This document shows positions 1 to 12,492 of a stretch of DNA of 64,000 nucleotides, piece by piece. The DNA is from Eledone cirrhosa (lineage: Eukaryota). The DNA lies in contig OZ024765.1 of assembly GCA_964016885.1 (NCBI GenBank), forward strand, positions 4,960,001 through 5,024,000, read 5' to 3'. The notes under the pieces are model-generated. The model was not told where the DNA came from. It saw only the letters and a program-made list of their open reading frames with translations, and ran no database searches. The first letter of the stretch is position 1. The number at the start of each line of letters is the position of its first letter. The translations under genes were made by a program, and so were the position numbers.

Positions 1-87
1 GGACCACCATTATTTCCTCGTGGGCCACTCGTTGGTGACCGCTGCAACAGAGGATGTACATTTAAAACTGTCTCTCTTCTTTATAAT

Positions 88-480
88 AATTCTTTCTACT
101 TTTGGCACAAGGCCAGCAATTATCCCAGTGTATTACTGGTATTTTATTTTATCGAAAGGGTTAACCTTGGCGGGATTTGAACTCAGACCGTAAAGGGCCG
201 TAACTCTATGCTGCAAAGCATGGCGTCTGACCCTCTACCGATACTGCCAATCCACAGTCCTCTTTTCTTTATAATAAAGGTTTCTGATTTAAGCACAAGG
301 CCAACAATTTTTAAGTCGATTAAATCGACCCAGTGCATTACAAGTGCTTTATTTCATCGACCCCCGTAAGGTGACCCCCAGAGATAACCTCAGGGCAGGA
401 TCTGAACTCAGATCGCAGAGGGGCGTAACTCTATGCTATAAAGTATGTTGTTCGACGCTCTACCGGTACTGCTATGACAC
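88..480 (-). mobile_element. Two tRNA-derived SINE copies (octopus-type, Nin-domain-like core)
   Basis: Reverse complement of ggcggtggattggcagtatcggtagag (A-box)...gagttcaaatccc (B-box)...ggggtcgataaaataaagtaccag...gccttgtgccaaaagtagaaacaatta. Confidence 0.8.
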
Positions 481-927
481 TCCATTGGATAACTTATTGA
501 TAATACTTTAAAGAACACAAATCGCAGTGCTTTACTTTTGTTTATTACTAAAGTCGGTAGATTATTTTATTTGATTAATAAAGTACCAGTAATGCACTGG
601 TGTTATTGCTGGCCTTGTGCCTAAAGTATAAACAATTATTTTATTTGATTAACCAACTTTTCTTTACGTTATATATATATATATATATATATTTCACTAA
701 ATTCTGTGGATGAATTTGTATCCTGATTCTCTTTTGAGATGAGTTTGAATTATTTTTCCTAAATCTTACGTTAACTACTTTTCCCATCTTGACGTTATAG
801 TCGCATATATGCTATAGAATACTATTAGCTTCTCGCTAAAACAATCTCTATACCTTTCATTTATATATATATATATATATATATATAGTAATAAACGAAA
901 GATTATATACTTTATATCATCTCTATT

Positions 928-961
<34 letters not shown>

Positions 962-1289
962 ACATACATACACACATACATACATATTTAAATATATGTC
1001 AGTTTATTTTATCGATTAGCAATTGGACATATTTTAAACGGGGAACGGTGTTAATGTTACACCGTCAACATGGCGTGCTATGTAGGAACTTTGTACAGTG
1101 GGCTACATCTATGTTTATTATAACGGAGGTAAATACTTCATCAAGCGTTGAATATACACTGTTTATTTTATTTATGGCTACTACTTCGTTTTCAGACCAC
1201 AGACAACTTCAGGTAATTTCCGTGTGAACGAAAATAACGTCAGTTACATGTATTTAAACATGTATGTTTATGTTCGTCTACCGGTAGCG

Positions 1290-1730
1290 TGTTGTGTCCT
1301 TGAGAAAGACACTTTATTTCACGTTGCTCCCCTCCACTATGTCCTTAAGCAAGACACTTTATTTCACGTTACTCCAATCCACTGTGTCCTTAAGCAAGAC
1401 ACTTTATTTCACGATGCTCCAGTTCACCGTGTCCTGGAGCAAGACACTTTATTTCACGATGCTCCAGTTCACTGTGTTCTTAAGCAAGACACTTTATTTC
1501 ACGTTGCTTCAGTTCACCGTGTCCTGGAGCAAGACACTTTATTTCACGTTGCTTCAGTTCACCGTGTCCTGGAGCAAGACACTTTATTTCACGATGCTCC
1601 AGTTCACTGTGTTCTTAAGCAAGACACTTTATTTCACGTTGCTTCAGTTCACTGTGTTTTTAAGCAAGACACTTTATTTCACGTTGCTTCAGTTCACCGT
1701 GTCCTGGAACAAGACACTTTATTTCACTCA
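1290..1730 (+). repeat. 45-bp minisatellite, about 10 copies (SINE-core derived)
   Basis: tgtgtccttaagcaagacactttatttcacgttgctccagttcac. Confidence 0.9.
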
Positions 1731-2168
1731 GCTGGCAAAATATTTAAACATGTGTAATTTGTAATTTGAAGGGCCAGCCTTGAGTAATTGTTTGCTATTG
1801 TCTCGCTTTAGAGGTGAAATTGTTGTTTAAATAAACCTGCCCTTCAGAACCATCGGAAATTATTAGTTTTAATTTTCTTTATTAAGTTGAATTGGAAATG
1901 GTGGTGCCGGCGTACACCCCCTCCCCCAGGCTACACCAAACACTTGGGAAGTTGCCATGTCTTTGGCACAGCAAAAGACTCTTCCTGACTCTGTATTTGG
2001 CAGGTCCCCTCTGGCTGGATACCCTTCCTATCACCGCCAACTTTACAGAGTGTACTGGGTGGCTTTTATCGTAGCACGAGCACTAGAAACGTTGTCATGT
2101 CTTTGCCACAACTAAATAGTCTTCCCGGTCCTATGTTTTGTTGGTCTTCTATAGCAGGATCTTCTTCA

Positions 2169-2205
<37 letters not shown>

Positions 2206-2284
2206 CTATCCGGGAGCTTCCAACAGACATGGTCGCATTCTTTAAGGGTATGTCAATATTTGTTTATAAAACTGATCTATATTA

Positions 2285-2349
2285 TATTTTATCTGATGAA
2301 AGCGCACTATAATTTGCTTTGGTGTCCTTGAAATATGTATAATGAAATA
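2285..2349 (+). ncRNA. Minimal type I hammerhead motif (Penelope-like)
   Basis: tattttat-CTGATGA-aagcgcac...gtgtcctt-GAAA-tatgta-TA^atgaaata. Same family as the motif at 32946-33006. Confidence 0.7.
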
Positions 2350-3585
2350 AATATGGTTTTATAAATATAGTTTCCATTTGTTAATATATTGTATATTTGC
2401 TTGTATCCCAACAAATTAAATATAACTTCTATATATATATACACACATATATGTATATATATAGACAAACATATATATGTGTTGTTGTTTACTTGCAGTA
2501 TTGTAGAATATATGCATTGTAAAGGCTTTTAAACTTATTTAAATTTGTATATATATATATCATCATCGTTTTATATCCATTCTTCCACACTAGTATGGGT
2601 TAGACGAGTTGTCCTGTTGTGGGCAATGCCAGGTCAGGTGACCATATCTTGCTCAAACGGAAACTGATTTTGGCTTGCTTTCTACAGCTGGATGCCCTTC
2701 CTAACACCAACCTCATTTACAGTGAGTGCTGGGTGCTTTTTTACCATGGCACCTACACGACCACTTTGCAGTGGGAGGGTGTGTGGGAATATTGTCTATA
2801 TGCTTCGGCTTGTACCCATGGGAAGTCAGGACTTCTGTATTACTGCATAACGCCAGAGGTTTCAGTACTCTGTCATCGCCTTTGAGAAGTGCAATTGGGC
2901 AAGGTCAGTTTTTATCACCTCATCCTAGGTCTTCTTGGGTCTCCCCTCTCTAAAGCTCCCATCGACCTTTAGTGCTCTGCACCTTTATATATATATATAT
3001 ATATATATTTCATGATGCTCATGAAAGACGACAGCTGTATAAAAAAGTGCAGGGCGATCAAAATTGATGGTAGTTACGGAGTAGGTAAACCCAGAAAAAC
3101 CTGGGACGATCTGATAAATTCCGACCTTACACACTTGCATCTCTCTAAGACAATGTCACTGGACCAAGATCTTTGGCGCTATGCAGTAATACAGAAGACC
3201 TGCCTTGCAGTAGGCACCTCTTAACCAAATATACACCCCAATCCTCTCCCACTCCCACCAACACCACCCTCTCTCTGTAAAGTTGGTACCACAACATCCA
3301 GTCCAAATAAATAAGGTCCTGTAGGTGTCACAACAAAAAAACACAGTCCACGCTGTAATGTGGCCGTGTAGGTGTCACGGTAAAAAGTTCCCAGTGCACA
3401 CTGTAAATGCAGTTGGTGTTAGGAAGGCCATCCAGCCATAGAAAACCTGCCAGATAGTCCTATACGAGCGAGACATGGTCACCCGACCAACCTTGCCTCA
3501 AGTGGGACAACTCCCGTCTAACCCATGCTAGCGTGGTAAATGGACGTTAAACGATGATGATGATGATATATATATATATATATAT

Positions 3586-3778
3586 ATAACGAAGGAATTG
3601 TGGTAAGGAACCAGATGGACCATAACGCACCAGAGTACTCAATAGTTGGGGTAGTAGAGTGGGTAATAGGAAAAAGTATGACCCCGACGTCAGAGCTCAA
3701 GCTGTTTCGACGGCTATTTCTGGACTGAAATAGCTGTCTAAACGGCTTGAGCTCTGCCGCCGGGGTCCTACTTTTTCC

Positions 3779-3782
<4 letters not shown>
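3586..3782. mobile_element. Palindromic non-autonomous element family A (also 8141-8215, 10736-11062 x2, 11495-11710, 26855-27046, 34907-35080)
   Basis: Shared 'gaaggaattgtggtaaggaaccagatggaccataacgcaccagagtactc...gaccccgacggcagagctcaagccgtttcgac' plus an inverted partial copy; flanked by (TA)n. Confidence 0.8.
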
Positions 3783-3811
<29 letters not shown>

Positions 3812-3874
3812 ACATAGAAACATGTATTCACCTCCTTATGGTCTTCTTTTTCAGCCACCAAACTATCATCAACA

Positions 3875-4017
3875 ATGGACAATGCCATGGAAGTTGTGTG
3901 GCAGCAGTGTGGAAAATATATCCAGCTGTATTCTACCTGTGTAGAGGCCTTCCCTGAAACCTGGCATATTGATTGTGAACTAACTCGAGTGAAGCTAGCC
4001 AAATGTGCTGAAACAAA
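3875..4017 (+). CDS. CHCHD5: CHCHD5-like twin CX9C mitochondrial intermembrane-space protein, coding exon 1
   Basis: ATG at 3875 after an acceptor (ttcttttttcag, exon from 3855). Translates MDNAMEVVWQQCGKYIQLYSTCVEAFPETWHIDCELTRVKLAKCAET-, with CX9C..CX9C and a PETW..DC motif resembling vertebrate CHCHD5 (PESWQRDC). Donor GTAAC at 4018, phase 2. Confidence 0.85.
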
Positions 4018-4056
4018 GTAACACATTTCATTATATTATACTGTGATACACTCATT

Positions 4057-4397
4057 CAGGTCACCCCATAAGTAATGTCTGGATTTTGAATAAGGAAAAC
4101 AAGTGATCAAATCTTATTTATTTATAATTGTTTCTACTTTTGGTACAAGGCCAGCAATTATCGCAGTGTATTACTGGTACTTTATTTTATTTCAAGAACA
4201 ATACCTTAACACCAGTATGAGCAGCTGGTTACAGCCAGTTTGAACGGAAAGAGGTGAGAGAATTCTGGCCGGACACGGCTGGTTTAAATGCTATAGGGTT
4301 AAATACATATGAATATTACTTGACGCCATTAGACATTCTAAAATGCTGTTAAATTTCGGAAACAATTAAAATCTGACATTACTTATGGGATGACCTG
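4057..4397. mobile_element. Tc1/mariner-type MITE with nested fragments
   Basis: caggtcaccccataagtaatgtctggatttt / aaaatctgacattacttatgggatgacctg. Confidence 0.65.
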
Positions 4398-4877
4398 ATA
4401 TTAACATCTTACTTTCTCTGTATATCTCTTTGTCTTTCTTTATCACCCTCTCTCTCTTACTCTGTATCTCTCTCTCTCTCTCTCTCTCTCAATCTCTCTA
4501 TCTGCCTCACTCTTAACCTTTGTTGTGATGTATTGAAATATCAGTTAACAAAACTTCATATATCATCATCATCATCGCCATTTAATGTCTATCTTCCACG
4601 CTAGCATCGGTTAGATGGGTTGTCCTGTTGTGGGCAGTGTCCAGTCGGCTGACCTTGTCTTGCTCATACGGGAACTGATTCTGGCTTGATTTCTACAGCT
4701 GGATGCCCTTCCTAACACCAACCTAATTTACAGTGAGTGCTGCGTGCTTTTTTTCGTGGCGCCTACACGTCCACTTTGCAGTGGAATGATAGGGACCCCA
4801 GTCCTATCATCTCATTTCTACAGCTGAGTAAACTGAAGCAATGTGAAATAAAGTGTCTTGCTCAAGGAAACAACACA

Positions 4878-4922
<45 letters not shown>

Positions 4923-5966
4923 ATACTTTGGGAGAGTCATGCTACCAATAAAAACACATGCCCCTATTGGTTTTCAGTTTAATTTATTATAAATTTCGGG
5001 TTAACTGGATGGTTGTTTGTATAAAGCTCTTTTGTCACACATTCTATGACCTCCTCAGTGACTGGGTTTTTATTTTGTCTCTCGCTTGTTCTAACCTACA
5101 CTATCTTGTTTTCGTGTGTTGTGTATAATTAAAAAAAACTATATATATATATATTTCTAGGTGCAAGTCCCATGGTCATTCATGACCAAAAGGGTCTCTA
5201 CCCTCTATATATATATTGTGTGTGTATATATATATTGTATATATATATATATATATATATACACCCTATCCTCCCACCAACACCACCCTCTCTCTGTAAA
5301 GTTGGTGCCACAACATCCAGTCCAAATAAATGAGATAATGAGATCGAAATCGTGTAGGTGTCACAACAAAAAAACACAGTCCACGCTGTAATGTGGTCGT
5401 GTAGGTGACATGGTAAAAAAGTTCCCAGTTTCACACTGTAAATGTGGTTGGTGTTAGGAAGGGCATCCAGCCGTAGAAAACCTGCCAGATTGTCCTATAT
5501 GAGCGAGACAAGATTGGTCTGGTGACCCGACCAACCTTGCCTCAAGTGGGACAACTCCCGTCTAACCCATGCTAGCGTGGAAGATGGACGTTAAACGATG
5601 ATGATGATTATATATATATATATATATCTATATATATATATAGTAATAATAATAAAATTGAAGACTAAAATCCAAAGTGGGCTCAATAAGGATAAATATA
5701 TATCAAATATATAAGAACCGTAGAGCAAATATTTAAGAAAAATGTAAATAAATTACAGTGATAACGGTATATATTATATATGTGTGTATATATATATATA
5801 TATGTATATATGTGTGTATATGTGAGTGTGTGTACGTGTGTATTGTTATATATTCTTATTTATTCTCCCCCCCCCCCCCCTCCCTTTTTTTCCCTCCAGC
5901 ATCACTTTCATATCTGTTATATTTTTGTTTTTATCAAATCCACTGTCAATAAAGACACCAGGATTT

Positions 5967-6026
5967 TTTCATTCTGATGAATGAAAGCAATTTTGGTTGC
6001 TTTCAAGAAACCACTGGTTAATGAAA
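5967..6026 (+). ncRNA. Type I hammerhead motif in the CHCHD5 intron (sense)
   Basis: tttcatt-CTGATGA-a-tgaaagcaa-ttttgg-ttgctttca-a-GAAA-ccactgg-TT^aatgaaa. Perfect 7-bp stem I, 9-bp stem II with an A.A mismatch at its base, GUU triplet. Confidence 0.75.
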
Positions 6027-6187
6027 TAATTATCTGATGTTGTTTATTACATAACTAATAAGCTCTGTAACTTACATAGAGCACTCTTTTTTTCCTGGAC
6101 CTTTCCGACGGAATTACTTCACATATATATATATACACACACACAATGTTCTGTGATTTATCTCTGTTATTTCATTTCTACCTTTAG

Positions 6188-6341
6188 TCCAGTGGTAATA
6201 AAGGTGAAAGAGAAATGTTCAACAAACTATGAAGACTATGAAAAATGTCTGGTTTCAAATCCAGTCGATGTAGAAAAGTGTTCAGTGGAGTTAGCAAAGT
6301 TTAATGAATGTGCTAATCAAGTGGCTGCTGAAGGTAATTAG
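6188..6341 (+). CDS. CHCHD5: CHCHD5-like protein, last coding exon
   Basis: Acceptor ttcatttctacctttag ending 6187. The phase-2 join (AA|T = Asn) gives NPVVIKVKEKCSTNYEDYEKCLVSNPVDVEKCSVELAKFNECANQVAAEGN*, a second CX9C pair. The spliced product is 98 aa. Confidence 0.85.
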
Positions 6342-6460
6342 CTTTCTTCTTAACTCTTTAGCATTTAAAACAGCTGTATCTGGTCAGAATTATCTCCCCT
6401 TTTTCTGTTTATACCAGTTGTATCTGGCTGCTCATGCTTATGTTAAGGTATTATTCTCAA

Positions 6461-6466
6461 AATAAA
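6461..6466 (+). promoter_or_regulatory. Candidate polyadenylation signal of the CHCHD5-like gene
   Basis: AATAAA about 120 nt after the stop codon and before the downstream SINEs. Confidence 0.35.
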
Positions 6467-6529
6467 TAATCTCATAGATTTGTTATTATGTAAGATGAAG
6501 TGTTTACAGTGAAAATATAATAGTATATG

Positions 6530-7192
6530 TAATTGTTTCTACTTTTGGCACAAGGCCAGCAATTATACCAGTACATTACTGGTACTTTATTTTATCGACC
6601 CTGTAAGGATGAAAGACAAAGTTAACCTCGGCGGGATTTGAATTCAGACCATAAAGGGCCGTAACTCTTTGCTGCAAAGCATGGCGTCCGGCCCTCTACC
6701 GATACTGCCAATCCACCGCTTAATAGTAAATATAATTGTTTCTACTTTTGGCACCCAGTGTATTACTGGTACTTTATTTTATCGACCCCCGTAAGGATGA
6801 AAGGCAAAGTTAACCTCAGCGGGATTTGAACTCAGATCGTAAAGGGCCGTAACAGTAAATATAATGTAAATAGTAAAGGGTTTATGTATTTCTAACACTG
6901 TATTTCATTTAATTAGTGGAACATTTTCAGGAGGGATTTCTACTAAGATTAATGCACTGGGTAATTGCTGGCCTTGTGCCTAAAGTAGAAACACTTATTA
7001 TTTGGTGGATTGGCAGTATCAGTAAAGGGACGGACACCATGCTTTCCAGCATAGTTACGTCCCTTTACGATCTGAGTTCAAATCCCGCCCAGGTTGACTT
7101 TGCCTTTCATCCTTACGGGGTCGATAAAATAAAGTACCAGTAATGCACTGGGTAATTGCTGGCCTTGTGCCTAAAGTAGAAACAATTATTTT
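6530..7192. mobile_element. SINE cluster: two minus copies facing plus copies
   Basis: Same SINE consensus at 6530-6720 (-), 6733-6852 (-), 6950-6995 (+ tail) and 7003-7192 (+). Confidence 0.8.
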
Positions 7193-7475
7193 ATTACTAA
7201 GATAGTAACTTGACATATGATTCTTATATAAAATTGTGTGAGAAGATTTTAATTTAAATGTATGGAAATGATCAAGTTCCCAGACCTCATTTGCTGACCA
7301 AGTGGAGTGGAATTTGTCAAATTGGACCAAAGAAACAATGTTTCCATTAGTTTTTCCATTGTGATACTCTCTCCTGACAGATTATTGAATAGGTCATCTG
7401 TATTTCAATTAATTTATGAAGAATTTTGAGGATTAAAATTTAGAAATATATGAGAATGATATATGAGACTATATG

Positions 7476-7620
7476 GAGGCACATTGCTCAGTGGTTAGAG
7501 CATTGGCCTTGCAATCGAAAGGTTGTCAGTTCAATTCTCAGACCGGGTGATGTGTTGTTTCCTTGAGCAAGAGACTTTATTTCACATTGCTCCAGTTTAC
7601 TCAGCTGTAGAAATGAGATG
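7476..7620 (+). mobile_element. Second tRNA-derived SINE family (Meta/Deu-core-like); also 16547-16920, 25285-25428 (-), 50650-51035
   Basis: ggaggcacattgctcagtggttagagc...gttcaattc head followed by the core gttgtttccttgagcaagagactttatttcacattgctccag. Confidence 0.7.
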
Positions 7621-8596
7621 ATAGGGACTGGGGTCCCTATCATTCCACTGCAAAGGGGTCGTGGAGGTGCCACGGCAAAAAAAGCACCCAGCACTCACTG
7701 TAAATGAGGTTGGTGTTAGGAAGGGCATCCAGCTGTAGAAATCAAGCCAGAATCAGTTCCCGTCCCACCCTTGCAAGCAGGGAAAAGCGGACGTAAAATG
7801 ATGATGATGATGTATGGATGTGTTGCAGTCAGCCTGAAGTAATCCTCACAGACACGTGTATCTCTTGCAGAAAGTAGCAACAAACTGTCAGGAACACAGT
7901 CAGCACCCTTTCAAGAAAGCTAGGACCTGCATCATCAACGTTGACATGATAAAAGGTAGGTCAGGTGAGATTTGTAGAGATGCTAGAGTGGAGGTGTGTG
8001 GTTGTATGTTGTTTCTGTATCCTGTAAGGGCTCGAACTCTCACCAGTCACATACTCTATATATATTGAGTGCGCTGAGATACAATCGGTACCGACATTGA
8101 TAAATATGCTGAGTCCGTCAACCCTTATTATATATATATATATAGGAAACTGTTTTAGCCCCAACGGCAGAGCTCAAGCCGTTTCGATGGCTATATAGCC
8201 GTCGAAACAGCTGTCCCTGGGGGGTGGGGTGGGGGTGGGGGTGATTTAGAGATGATATAATAGTATATTTGCAGCATAGAGTTGCGGCCCTTTACGGTCC
8301 GAGTTCAAATTCTGCCGAGGTTAACTTTGCCTTTCATCCTTACAGGGTCGATAAAATAAAGTACCAGTAATGTACTGGGATAATTGCTGGCCTTGTGCTA
8401 ATAGTAGAAACAATTCTGACTGTATGTAAGCGGGGCACAGAGCCCTCTCAACCTGTCTTGGGTGTCAGTAGTAATTAAGTACCAGTAATCTACTGAGATA
8501 ATTGCTGGCGTTATGCCAATAGTAGAAACAATTCTGACCGTATAACACAGGCCCCTTTCAACCTGTCTTGGGAGTCAGTAGTAGTTAAACAATGTG

Positions 8597-9988
8597 TCTC
8601 AGATGCAATGTAAGAAGTTGTAGGGGAAGAGAAGGTAGGTTGATAAAAAACAACTTTGTCTGCTGTGTAACGTATACAGAGACCCCTTGGGCTCAGATGC
8701 AATGTAAGAAGTTGTAGGGGAAGAAGAGAAGGTAGGTTGATAAAAAAAAACTTTGTCTGCTGTGTAACGTAAGTGGGAACAGAGACCCCTTGGGCTCAGA
8801 TGCAATGTAAGAAGTTGTAGGGGAAGAAGAGAAGGTAGGTTGATAAAAAAAACAAAAAACTTTGTCTGCTGTGTAACATAAGTGGGATACAGAAACCCCT
8901 TGGGCTCAGATGCAATGTAAGAAGTTGTAGGGGAAGAAGAGAAGGTAGGTTGATAAAAAACAACTTTGTCTGCTGTGTAACGTAAGTGGGATACAGAAAC
9001 CCCTTGGGCTCAGATGCAATGTAAGAAGTTGTAGGGGAAGAGAAGGTAGGTTGATAAAAAACAACTTTGTCGGCTGTGTAACGTAAGTGGGATACAGAGA
9101 CCCCTTGGGCTCAGGTGCAATGTAAGAAGTTGTAGGGGAAGAGAAGGTAGGTTGATAAAAAACAACTTTGTCTGCTGTGTAACGTAAGTGGGATACAGAA
9201 ACCCCTTGGGCTCAGGTGCAATGTAAGAAGTTGTAGGGGAAGAGAAGGTAGGTTGATAAAAAACAACTTTGTCTGCTGTGTAACGTAAGTGGGATACAGA
9301 AACCCCTTGGGCTCAGATGCAATGTAAGAAGTTGTAGGGGAAGAGAAGGTAGGTTGATAAAAAAACAACTTTGTCTGCTGTGTAATGTAAGTGGGATACA
9401 GAGACCCCTTGGGCTCAGGTGCAATGTAAGAAGTTGTAGGGGAAGAGAAGGTAGGTTGATAAAAAAACAACTTTGTCTGCTGTGTAACGTAAGTGGGATA
9501 CAGAGACCCCTTGGGCTCAGGTGCAATGTAAGAAGTTGTAGGGGAAGAGAAGGTAGGTTGATAAAAAACAACTTTGTCTGCTGTGTAACGTAAGTGGGAT
9601 ACAGAAACCCCTTGGGCTCAGGTGCAATGTAAGAAGTTGTAGGGGAAGAGAAGGTAGGTTGATAAAAAACAACTTTGTCTGCTGTGTAACGTAAGTGGGA
9701 TACAGAAACCCCTTGGGCTCAGATGCAATGTAAGAAGTTGTAGGGGAAGAGAAGGTAGGTTGATAAAAAAACAACTTTGTCTGCTGTGTAATGTAAGTGG
9801 GATACAGAGACCCCTTGGGCTCAGGTGCAATGTAAGAAGTTGTAGGGGAAGAGAAGGTAGGTTGATAAAAAAACAACTTTGTCTGCTGTGTAACTTAAGT
9901 GGGATACAGAGATCCCTTGGGCTCAGATGCAATGTAAGAAGTTGTAGGGGAAGAGAAGGTAGGTTGATAAAAAAACAACTTTGTCTGC
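8597..9988. repeat. ~101-bp minisatellite, about 14 copies
   Basis: ctcagatgcaatgtaagaagttgtaggggaagagaaggtaggttgataaaaaacaactttgtctgctgtgtaacgtaagtgggatacagagaccccttggg. Confidence 0.95.
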
Positions 9989-10243
9989 TTGCTGTATGTT
10001 TGTTTCTCTCTGCTCATTCACTCGCAACAGAGATTGGAGATCTGGTGTCGCTATCGTGTCCATAGCTACCAGCATAGCACATGCGAGAAGTCACGTGGCC
10101 TCTATACTGCTCTTCCATTGGTTGATCTCGCCTGCAACAGCTTCCTTGATGATGATGTTAGTTGTCAGTGACCTGCTGGTGTTCTTCTTCTCTCTTTCAC
10201 TTTCGCGCACATGTATATTTCTCTCTCTCTCTCTCTGTCTATA

Positions 10244-10297
<54 letters not shown>

Positions 10298-11058
10298 ATT
10301 AAAGATTATATATATATAATTAAAAATAATACATATATATATGTGTGTGTGTGTGTATATATATAATTAAAAATTATACATCCATATATATATATATATG
10401 TAAAAATTATACAAATATATATATATATATATAACGTAAAAATTATACAAATATATATATATATATATATGTAAAAATTATACAAATATATATATATATA
10501 TATATAACGTAAAAATTATACAAATATATATATATATATATAATGTAAAAATTATACAAATATATATATATATATATAATTAAAAATTATTCATACATGT
10601 GTATGTGTATATAATTAAAAATTATACACGTGTGTGTGTGTATATATATAATTAAAAATTATACATATATATATATATGTGTATATATATAATTAAAAAT
10701 TAAATTAAAGGTCGATTGACATATATATATATATATAACGAAGGAAATGTGGTAAGGAACCAGGTGGACCATAACGCACCAGAGTACTCAATACTTAGGG
10801 TAGTAGAGTGGGTAATAGGAACGAGTAGGACCCCGACGGCAGAGCTCAAGCCGTTTCGACGGGTAATTCCAGAATTAGCCGTCGAAACGGCTTGAGCTCA
10901 GCCGTCGGGGTCCTACTCGTTCCTATATATATATATAACGAAGGAATTGTGGTAAGGAACCAGATGGACCATAACGCACCAGAGTACTAAATACTTACTT
11001 TAGTCCAAAATAGTCGTCGAAACCGCTTGAGCTCTGCCGTCGGGGTCATACTATCTCC

Positions 11059-11101
<43 letters not shown>

Positions 11102-11706
11102 ATATCAAACATTGACAGGGGATAACTTGAGTGTATACACGCATAGTTACGGACATAACATATTAATATTTCACGAGGATTTTGAATACAGATACCTTAC
11201 AATAATTGTTTCTAGTTTTGGCACAAGGCCAGCAGTTAACACAGTGTATTACTGGTACTTTATTTTATCGTATGATATTTATACACACACACGCACATTG
11301 TGTTGTTTATACATACCTTAATAATGGCCATTCTCTCCCACTTCCTCATTGCAACCAACACAACATTAGGGTAGCGATCTTTTATCTCGGTGACTAGAGA
11401 TATATCTTGTTGTTTTCTTCTGTTTAATCGAGTTTCGGGTGAAAAATTCCACCATTACACACATATAGCGAATATATATATATTTATTTATATATAATGA
11501 AGGAGTTGTGGTAAGGAACCAGATGGACCATAACGCACCAGAGTACTCAATACTTAGGGTAGTAGAGTGGGTAATAGGAGAAAGTATGACCCCCCCACGA
11601 CGGCAGAGCTCAAGCCGTTTCGGCGGCTATTTCTGGACTAAAGATTATTTAGTCCAGAAATAGCCGCCGAAACGGCTTGAGCTCTGCCGTCGGGGTCATA
11701 CTTTCT

Positions 11707-11755
<49 letters not shown>

Positions 11756-12407
11756 GAATAAACAAGAGAGATCAACACTAATATAAACATACATGTGTTC
11801 GAATCGTAAGGACCAAAATTTGCTAGGGTGAAAAAAAAAACTAACTGCAGCAATATAGTTTGTTATCCTTAACTTTAAGTATTAAATTAAGAAAAATAAC
11901 AGACCTATATTGGGCAAAAATATATATGTGTGTATATTATTATATATATATATATATATATATATAATAATAAATGTAAAGACTAAAATCCCAAAAGGGC
12001 TCAATAAGGATAAATATATCGCATTAGCCTCGCCATCACTCGAAGTAACACTGCCAGTGCGCTGGCTTGCCTCAAAAATCATTAGAGAGGTTGCTCAGTG
12101 CCCCCTCGTCTTTTGCTGTAGTGTTGGCTCCGTTGTTCACCCCTTCCTTTACATTTTCTTTAATATTGTAACATTAAAAGAATATATCTTTCTGAAAGAA
12201 TCGCGAGCTATTTATGTTGTCTAAGCATTTATAATGTTATTTATGTATATATTTAAAATATATTTGTTATGTTATTCTACTGTAAATTTATTTATATGGT
12301 CTGTTTATGTTTTCATTCTGAAAGAATTGCAAACGATTTGTAATGTATTTATGAAATAAAATGTGTAAAGTATAAGAACTATAGACGAAATATTTATTAA
12401 AATAACA

Positions 12408-12492
12408 GCAAAGAATCGCTGCTTTCACCCATAACGGGATCTTTTGAAGTTTCAGAAGATCCCGTTAAGAGTGAAAGCTGCGATTCTTTGCT
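12408..12492. repeat. Palindromic element (one arm also at 56312-56350)
   Basis: gcaaagaatcgctgctttcac...aacgggatctt / aagatcccgtt...gtgaaagctgcgattctttgc. Confidence 0.7.

Noticed and set aside
1224-1764. 177-aa and 156-aa repeat ORFs; also 44555-45178 and 39656-40093
   Set aside because: SINE-derived minisatellites with unit lengths divisible by three.
8597-9988. CRISPR-like regular repeats (also 18505-19350, 52408-54207)
   Set aside because: Head-to-tail units without unique spacers, a eukaryotic context and no cas genes.
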